Assembly: GCA_964370575.1 (NCBI GenBank)
Contig: CAYJJT010000001.1
Span: forward strand, 1,192-60,988
Reading direction: 5' to 3'
From: an uncultured Muribaculaceae bacterium
Lineage (GTDB): Bacteria; Bacillota_I; Bacilli_A; RF39; UBA660
DNA length: 59,797 nt
The notes beneath the pieces were generated by a model. The model did not search any database. It was not told the origin of the DNA and saw only the letters and a program-made list of their open reading frames with translations. The first letter of the stretch is position 1. Every line of letters begins with the position of its first letter. Shown piece by piece: positions 53,338 through 59,797 of this stretch. The position numbers and the translations under genes were made by a program.

Positions 53338-55620
53338 TTATTCTGTTCTAAGCGCTTCTACAGGATCTTTTTTACTTGCCATCTTTGATGGAATAAATCC
53401 TCCGATGAGTGTTAAAATCATGCTAATTAATAACAATGATATTGCATGAATTGGGTTCATTTTTGCAACATCTGGTAAATCAGTCAATGATTCAATAACT
53501 ATATTTATCGGGAATGTTAAAAGCCAAGTAATTAGTAATCCAAGTGTACCTGCTGAGAAACCTATTATTAAAGTTTCTGCATTAAATACACGCGTTATAT
53601 CTTTCTTACGAGCACCTAAGCTTCTAAGAACACCAATTTCTTTTGTTCTCTCTAATACAGAAATATAAGTAATGATTCCGATCATAATACTTGATACAAC
53701 TAAACTTATTGCTGAAAATGCTACTAATACAATTGTAATAGCATCCATAATACTGCTTGATAAATTTGCAATCATTTCTGCCATATCTGTATATAAAATT
53801 TGATCAACTTCTTCTTTATCATCATTGTATTTATCTAAATATTCTGTTATTTTTTCTTTAGTTTCAAAATCTTTAGGATATAATTGAATCATGATTGGCG
53901 TTTCATCATTACCTAGATATGATAAAAATACATCTTTACTATTATTTCCAGTCTCTTCAAACTTAGCACCTGTTAATACATTAACATCACTATTTAATTG
54001 TGCATTAACTATTAAAGAATTTTGGTTAGATTCGATTAACTCATCTAGTAAACCTGGCATATATAAAATACCTGAATTATTAGTTAAATTTTCTGTATCT
54101 TCTTTACCTCTAATAACTCCTACTACTTTTAAAGTAATATTATTTTCATTATTATAAACTTGTTCTAAATTTTGATTTGGAACAAAATAGTTATTAATTG
54201 ATAAATAATAATCATCATTTTTAACAGCCTTTAATTCTTTACCAAGAACATTATCTATTTTTATTTCATCTTCATTTATATCTAAACCCAATAATGTTAA
54301 TAATTCTTCTTCTACACTATTTGTATTATCCATAATTAACAATATTTCATTACTAGCTTCAGGATAGTTACCAGCAACTACATCATAATTCTTAGTAATA
54401 TAATTAGCAACTTCTCCATCAGTATTAGTTGGCATAGAAGATATACCTTGAATATTCCCTACTGGTTTATATTCACCATTATTGAAACTCATTAAATTTA
54501 ATGATGCAATAGTAGTTGTAGATATACCATCTAATAGATTTGAGTCAATACTTTCTATATAATCAACATAGTCTAATGTAATATTGTTTGTATGTGTCAC
54601 TTGTTCTTCAATAGCTTCCATTGGATATATAGTATCATCATTTGGATATAATTCTCTCACTTCAATATTAGGCATCATCACATCATCAGAACTCATTGCT
54701 TGCTCAGTGATCATTATAGGCATTGATGACAATGTTGATTTTTCAAATTCACTAATTTGTATATCAAAACCATTTGAAAGTGCTAAAATTAAAGAAATCC
54801 CTATAATACCTATACTAGATGCAAAAGCAGTTATAAGAGTACGACCTTTTTTAGTCTTTATATTATTAAAAGATAACTTTAGTGCAGTTAAATAATTCAT
54901 AGCTGTCTTTTTTATATTATAGCTTTTATTATCATTATTATCAGTTACCGGATTAGAGTCACTTGTAACAGTTCCGTCTTTCATATCAATAATTCTATTT
55001 GCATATTCATGAGCTAATTCTGGATTATGAGTTACCATAATTACTAATTTATCTTTTGCTATTTCTTTAATTAATTCCATAATTTGAACACTAGTTTTAC
55101 TATCCAGTGCTCCCGTTGGTTCATCTGCTAATATAATTTCTGGATCATTAGCAAGTGCACGAGCAATAGCTACTCTTTGCATTTGCCCACCAGACAATTG
55201 ATTAGGTTTTTTATTAGCGTGTTCTTTAAGGCCAACTTTTTCTAGTACTTCAAGAGCTTTATCTTGACGTTTTTTTGCACTTATACCACTTAAAGTCATT
55301 CCTAATTCAACATTTTGTAAAACAGAAATATGACTGATTAAATTATAACTTTGAAAAATAAAACCAACACAATTATTTCTATAACTATCCCAATCTTGAT
55401 CTTTAAAATTCTTTGTTTCTTTATTATTAATAATTAAATTACCAGCATCATATCTATCCAGTCCTCCAATAATATTTAATAATGTCGTCTTTCCACTACC
55501 ACTTGGACCAAGAATAGATACAAATTCATTTTTTCTAAATTTTAAACTAACACTATTTAATGCAATTTGATTAAAATCACCTGTTTTATAAACTTTAGTT
55601 ATTTTTTTAACTTCTAACAT
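53338..55620 (-). CDS. Fused ABC ATPase + FtsX-type permease (MacB-like efflux transporter)
   Basis: GPSGSGKTTLLN, LSGGQMQRVAIARAL, ILADEPTGALD and VTHN, followed by a TM, a large extracytoplasmic domain and a C-terminal FtsX-type 3-TM bundle. Confidence 0.85.
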   Translation of the reverse strand: MLEVKKITKVYKTGDFNQIALNSVSLKFRKNEFVSILGPSGSGKTTLLNIIGGLDRYDAGNLIINNKETKNFKDQDWDSYRNNCVGFIFQSYNLISHISVLQNVELGMTLSGISAKKRQDKALEVLEKVGLKEHANKKPNQLSGGQMQRVAIARALANDPEIILADEPTGALDSKTSVQIMELIKEIAKDKLVIMVTHNPELAHEYANRIIDMKDGTVTSDSNPVTDNNDNKSYNIKKTAMNYLTALKLSFNNIKTKKGRTLITAFASSIGIIGISLILALSNGFDIQISEFEKSTLSSMPIMITEQAMSSDDVMMPNIEVRELYPNDDTIYPMEAIEEQVTHTNNITLDYVDYIESIDSNLLDGISTTTIASLNLMSFNNGEYKPVGNIQGISSMPTNTDGEVANYITKNYDVVAGNYPEASNEILLIMDNTNSVEEELLTLLGLDINEDEIKIDNVLGKELKAVKNDDYYLSINNYFVPNQNLEQVYNNENNITLKVVGVIRGKEDTENLTNNSGILYMPGLLDELIESNQNSLIVNAQLNSDVNVLTGAKFEETGNNSKDVFLSYLGNDETPIMIQLYPKDFETKEKITEYLDKYNDDKEEVDQILYTDMAEMIANLSSSIMDAITIVLVAFSAISLVVSSIMIGIITYISVLERTKEIGVLRSLGARKKDITRVFNAETLIIGFSAGTLGLLITWLLTFPINIVIESLTDLPDVAKMNPIHAISLLLISMILTLIGGFIPSKMASKKDPVEALRTE

Positions 55621-55713
55621 TTATTTCATCTCCTATTTTATAACAATATAATTATATCATAAATCACATAAAGAAATCACAATATATTTATGTGAAATTT
55701 TGGTATTTAAAAT

Positions 55714-56133
55714 TCATACTACTCTTTGTCGCATACCACCAGACAAATTCGATGGTTTACTATTCATAAATTTTTCCAACCCATAAGATTTTAGCAGAGC
55801 CTTAACATAATTTATATTATCATTCGTTAATTCATTTTGAATCTCTAAACCTATTAAACAATTTTCCAATATTGTTCTATATTCAAGTAAACAATCATCT
55901 TGTAGCATATAGCCTATTTTTCTTTTACCATAGATTATATAATCTCCTGAACTTTTTTTTTCTAAACCTGATAACATAGAAAGTATTGTCGACTTTCCAC
56001 ATCCACTTGGACCTACAAGAGAAATAAATTCATTATCATACAAATCAATTGAGACATCTTTCACTGCAATTATTTCCTCAGCTAAAGTATGATAATTTTT
56101 TTGTAAATTAGTTATTTTTAATATTCTCTCCAT
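55714..56133 (-). pseudogene. ABC ATPase, N-terminal fragment (Walker A to signature motif)
   Basis: GPSGCGKST, the Q-loop MLQDD and LSGGMRQRV are followed by V*, so the ORF ends immediately after the ABC signature. Walker B and the H-loop are missing here. Confidence 0.85.
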
Positions 56134-57122
56134 TACTTTATCATAAAATCATTATAAACTAATTTATTATAATCTACTTTAGATTCTAATATTCCTGCAT
56201 TTATTGCAATAGTTTGTATATGATTAAATTCATCTTCACTAATATATGTAGAATCATACCATGAATCTATTTCTTTATATCTATCAACTATTTTTTCTAA
56301 ATCACTAAGTGTTATATCAGGAAAAAATTCAACAATATCTTCTGCAATAACTTTACTATCTGTTTCTTTCACATATTTTAAACCTTTATCAATTGCCTTA
56401 TTAAATCCATCAATTACTTCACTATTATCTTTAATATAACTTTTTTTAGCATTATATGCTGTATAAGGTACTGTTCCTCCATACTCTCCAACACTTGCTA
56501 CTACATATCCATATCCTTCTTTTTCTAATTGTAATGCTTGTGGTTCAAATAATGTTACAAAATCTCCTTCTCCACCTATGAACGCTCCACTCATAGCAGA
56601 AAAATCAATACTAGTATTAATGTTTAAATCTTCTTTAGGATTTATTCCACTGTTAGTAAGTGCCCACTCGAAAGTCATCTCTGGCATACCACCAACTCTA
56701 CCACCAATAACATCTTTTCCAACTAAATTTTCTAAAGTAAAATCATCAATTTTTTCTCTTGACACAATAAAGCTTCCATCTTTTTTGGTTAAACCTGCAA
56801 AAGTTTGTAAATAGTCTTCTTCACCTTGATTATAAATATATATTGTAGACTCACTTCCACAAAATCCAACATGTACATCGCCAGATAATACTGCTGCTGT
56901 AACTTTATCTGCTCCTGGTATTGTAGTAAGATTTATATTGATTCCTTCTTCTTCAAAATATCCATTTGCAATCGCAGCATATTGGGGTGCATAAAATACA
57001 CTTCTTGTGACTTCTGCAACTTTTACTGTTCTCAAATCTGAAGTTTTTTCCTTATCAAACGTTATTATAAGTACAAATACTATAATAATTAAACATATTA
57101 TTGAAATAATAAATTTTTTCAA
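56133..57122 (-). CDS. ABC substrate-binding protein, NMT1/THI5-like (NitT/TauT family)
   Basis: N-terminal TM anchor and SsuA/NMT1-like periplasmic fold motifs (APQYAAIANGYFEEEGI, GDVHVGFCG). TTG 57122 lies 7 nt after GGAGG; the ORF-track alternative is 57140. Confidence 0.75.
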   Translation of the reverse strand: MKKFIISIICLIIIVFVLIITFDKEKTSDLRTVKVAEVTRSVFYAPQYAAIANGYFEEEGININLTTIPGADKVTAAVLSGDVHVGFCGSESTIYIYNQGEEDYLQTFAGLTKKDGSFIVSREKIDDFTLENLVGKDVIGGRVGGMPEMTFEWALTNSGINPKEDLNINTSIDFSAMSGAFIGGEGDFVTLFEPQALQLEKEGYGYVVASVGEYGGTVPYTAYNAKKSYIKDNSEVIDGFNKAIDKGLKYVKETDSKVIAEDIVEFFPDITLSDLEKIVDRYKEIDSWYDSTYISEDEFNHIQTIAINAGILESKVDYNKLVYNDFMIK

Positions 57123-57203
57123 ACTAATTCCTCCATTCAAAATATTATATGTTATTTAACTAATATAGAATGGGCTCATATAATAAAAAAGTAAATCATT
57201 GAT

Positions 57204-58208
57204 TTACTTTAGATTCATAGTAGGTGTAGCATTTAAATTTATATCTGCTCTTACACCAAGTTTATAAGCATAATATCCTGCTGCACCAATCATCGTTGCA
57301 TTATCAGTACAATATTTAAAATCAGGAACACTTAAATTAATATTATTTTCTTCTGCCATTTTTTCTAACTTATTTCGCAATCCTTTATTTGCCGCAACTC
57401 CACCAGCTAATATTAAATTACTAACTTTATATTCATTAAGAGCTCTTAAAGTTTTTTTAGTTAATAAATCAGTAACTGTTTCTTGGAAAGAAGTTGCTAA
57501 ATTTTCAACATTTATTTTTTCTCCACGTTGCTCATATTTGTGATTTAAATTTATTACAGCAGATTTCAATCCACTAAAACTAAAATTATAACTATCATCA
57601 TTTAGAGGCATAGGTAATTTATACTCATGATATCCCCTAGTAGCTAAGGCATCTACCTTAGGTCCTCCAGGATATCCTAATTTCATAACTCTAGCAACTT
57701 TATCATAACATTCACCAACTGCATCATCCATAGTTCCACCAATCTTTTCAAAAGAATAATCTTCCTTCATATAAATTAAATCAGTATGACCACCGCTAAC
57801 GACTAGAGCAATTAATGGAAATTCCATAGAATTAACCAAATTATTAGCATATATATGCCCAGCAATATGGTGGACCGGAACAAGCGGTTTATTATAGACA
57901 TATGCTAAAGTTTTTGCAACTTGAACACCAATAAGTAAAGAGCCTACTAGTCCTGGTCCATTTGTTACTGCAATAGCATCAATATCATTCATAGACATAT
58001 CAACTTTAGTTAAACATTCCTCAATAACTAAAGTTATATTTTCAATATGATGTCTACTTGCTACTTCAGGCACCACACCACCAAATAATGCATGTATATC
58101 CATTTGACTTAGAACTACTGATGAAATATCAATAGATCCATTTTTAACTATTGATGCACTTGTTTCATCACAACTAGTTTCAATTGCAAGTATATATGTA
58201 TCATTCAT
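57204..58208 (-). CDS. tsaD: tRNA N6-adenosine threonylcarbamoyltransferase TsaD
   Basis: ILAIETSCDETS, HHIAGH and GGVAAN motifs. Confidence 0.97.
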   Translation of the reverse strand: MNDTYILAIETSCDETSASIVKNGSIDISSVVLSQMDIHALFGGVVPEVASRHHIENITLVIEECLTKVDMSMNDIDAIAVTNGPGLVGSLLIGVQVAKTLAYVYNKPLVPVHHIAGHIYANNLVNSMEFPLIALVVSGGHTDLIYMKEDYSFEKIGGTMDDAVGECYDKVARVMKLGYPGGPKVDALATRGYHEYKLPMPLNDDSYNFSFSGLKSAVINLNHKYEQRGEKINVENLATSFQETVTDLLTKKTLRALNEYKVSNLILAGGVAANKGLRNKLEKMAEENNINLSVPDFKYCTDNATMIGAAGYYAYKLGVRADINLNATPTMNLK

Positions 58209-58621
58209 TTTATCACCTTTTCCATTAAATAAGCATCTTCATCTTTATAATAATTTTTGCGTACTGATATTTCCCTAAATCCTATTTTTTTATATAATTT
58301 AACTGCTGTATCATTTTTTTGATTAACCTCCAACGTTATTGAATCTACTGACTCTTTCATACAATAATTCACCATTTCTTGACACAATAATTTTCCTAAA
58401 CCAAGACCTCGATAATCATTTTTTACATATAAATAATTTAATTCTGCACGTTCATATAATAAATTAAAATTTATAAAACCAGTTAATTCATTATTAGAAA
58501 GATGCGCCAAATAAATACTATAAGGACTATCAGTAAAATCATTAACATTAATTTCAGATGAAAAATATTTCAACATTTTATTTAGTTCAATAATATTTTG
58601 TTCATTACATTTTATAATCAT
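58205..58621 (-). CDS. rimI: Ribosomal-protein-alanine N-acetyltransferase (GNAT)
   Basis: GNAT acetyl-CoA motif (YRGLGLGKLL). Located between tsaB and tsaD. Confidence 0.8.
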   Translation of the reverse strand: MIIKCNEQNIIELNKMLKYFSSEINVNDFTDSPYSIYLAHLSNNELTGFINFNLLYERAELNYLYVKNDYRGLGLGKLLCQEMVNYCMKESVDSITLEVNQKNDTAVKLYKKIGFREISVRKNYYKDEDAYLMEKVIK

Positions 58622-58622
58622 A

Positions 58623-59249
58623 TTAATTTTTCTCCAAATTTTCCTCTGCTTCAGTAAGTTTTAAGTATTTAGGATTAACACTGTGTGGATTAACTGATAC
58701 ATCGTCACGATGTTTTTCAATAACTTTTATTATATCTAAACTTGGAGATAGTATATTAAAGCCGTCTATATTAGTATAGCTAACAAATGTATAGCTATTA
58801 TTTTCCAAAATATTGTTTTTAATATCATCATTTGTAGAATATCTATCACTAATTACTATATTTAAGTTTTTATCATATATAGCATTAAATGATGAATTTC
58901 TACGAGCATCGATAATCGGAATAATATAATCTGTATTAAAATCAGTTGATGCCATCAACTCCAATTCAGAAATACAAATAATATTTATTTTCAATGCCCA
59001 AGCTAATGTTTTGGCTACACTAACCCCAACTCTTATTCCAGTAAATGATCCAGGACCATTTACAACATATATCTTTTCTATATCTTGCACAGATAAATTA
59101 GTATTTTTAAAAACTTTATCTACAATGTCTAGCAATCTAGTAGAAAGTGTTGTCCCACTTATTTCACTAACTCTACTAATAATTTTATTATTTTGAATAA
59201 GTGCTACATTTGTTTCTACATTTGAAGTATCAATAAATAATTCTACCAT
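58623..59249 (-). CDS. tsaB: tRNA threonylcarbamoyladenosine biosynthesis protein TsaB
   Basis: IDTSN and GPGSFTGIRVGVS motifs. Confidence 0.9.
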   Translation of the reverse strand: MVELFIDTSNVETNVALIQNNKIISRVSEISGTTLSTRLLDIVDKVFKNTNLSVQDIEKIYVVNGPGSFTGIRVGVSVAKTLAWALKINIICISELELMASTDFNTDYIIPIIDARRNSSFNAIYDKNLNIVISDRYSTNDDIKNNILENNSYTFVSYTNIDGFNILSPSLDIIKVIEKHRDDVSVNPHSVNPKYLKLTEAEENLEKN

Positions 59250-59695
59250 ATAACAGCCTCACATAAATTTTCATATTTATCACCTGTAGCTACAAATTTA
59301 AATAATCTAGTGTTCTCATCAATAACTTTAATAAAGATGTCTAATCTTTCACTAGGCAGTATATCTTTTATAGTGTTTGCCCATTCGATAACAACTACAC
59401 CACCTTTAGTAAAATATTCTTCAATGCCAATACCTTCGGTGTTTCCGTTTAGTCTATCTACATCGATATGATATAGTGGCAATTCACCATCATATTCTTT
59501 TACAATTGTAAATGTCGGAGAAGTAATATTTTCCTTGATTGCTAAAGCTTGAGCTATGCCCTTAGTAAATAAAGTTTTTCCACTTCCCATTTCTCCATTT
59601 AAACATATTATCATATTAGGAAATTTTTCTGCTTCAAAATTTTGTGCTAGTTCTATTGTTTCTTTTAAACTATGTGTTTTTACTTTGTATTCCAT
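59243..59695 (-). CDS. tsaE: tRNA threonylcarbamoyladenosine biosynthesis ATPase TsaE
   Basis: LNGEMGSGKTLFTKG, SPTFTIV and HIDVDRL motifs. ATG 59695 follows GGTGAT. Confidence 0.9.
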   Translation of the reverse strand: MEYKVKTHSLKETIELAQNFEAEKFPNMIICLNGEMGSGKTLFTKGIAQALAIKENITSPTFTIVKEYDGELPLYHIDVDRLNGNTEGIGIEEYFTKGGVVVIEWANTIKDILPSERLDIFIKVIDENTRLFKFVATGDKYENLCEAVIW

Positions 59696-59754
59696 ATATA
59701 TCACCAACTTTATTATAAATCATTATATATAATTTATCAATCAATAATAAAAAA

Positions 59755-59775
59755 AAGAGAAACAAAGTTTCTCTT
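59755..59775 (-). terminator. Intrinsic terminator of a minus-strand gene beyond the right edge
   Basis: Hairpin aagagaaac-aaa-gtttctctt, followed by a T-run on the minus strand. Confidence 0.6.
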
Positions 59776-59797
59776 GGTATTCCCCTTTTTGGGTATA

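Larger units (their letters stand above)
50927..55723. mobile_element. ~4.8 kb integrated element (zupT, large serine recombinase, MacB-type ABC) inserted in an ABC ATPase gene
   Basis: Both junctions carry CTACT (50927-50931 and 55719-55723). Deleting one copy plus the intervening DNA restores ...[27 protein letters not shown]... Confidence 0.8.

Overview
Very AT-rich (about three quarters A+T by eye) chromosomal segment that uses the standard genetic code. It looks like a low-GC Gram-positive (Bacillota, Bacilli/Erysipelotrichia-like), based on EzrA, DnaD, RNA polymerase delta, a GerQ-like protein, a T-box and Bacillus-like synteny (dnaD-nth, ywiB-argS, thiI-ezrA-rpsD-tyrS, rimP-nusA-ylxR-infB-rbfA, pcrA-ligA, tsaE-tsaB-rimI-tsaD). 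There are about 60 genes, mostly on the minus strand, and most are housekeeping: rnr (partial), pduL, nth, dnaD, hup, rpoE, argS, PBP1A, lepB, gltX, clpC, gap, clpP, thiI, ezrA, rpsD, tyrS, deoC, rbfA, infB, nusA, pflBA, ligA, pcrA and tsaEBD. I saw no rRNA, tRNA or CRISPR array, and no defence system I can name. Four things stand out. (1) A ~4.8 kb element (zupT, a large serine recombinase and a fused MacB-type ABC transporter) is inserted inside an ABC ATPase gene; the two gene halves rejoin precisely, and the downstream permease carries an in-frame TAA. (2) A 1.49 kb single-gene cassette sits next to pflA. It is flanked by 35-bp direct repeats that duplicate the pflA 3' end and terminator, and an 11-nt poly-G tract lies in its promoter spacer (candidate phase variation). 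(3) An islet of paralogous orphan membrane proteins surrounds rpsD, followed by an ATP-grasp gene. (4) Regulatory RNAs: a Tyr T-box ahead of deoC-tyrS, an rpsD leader and a rimP-nusA leader hairpin. All functional calls come from motif recognition by eye, with no searches run. Several starts were moved off the ORF-track start using RBS positions.
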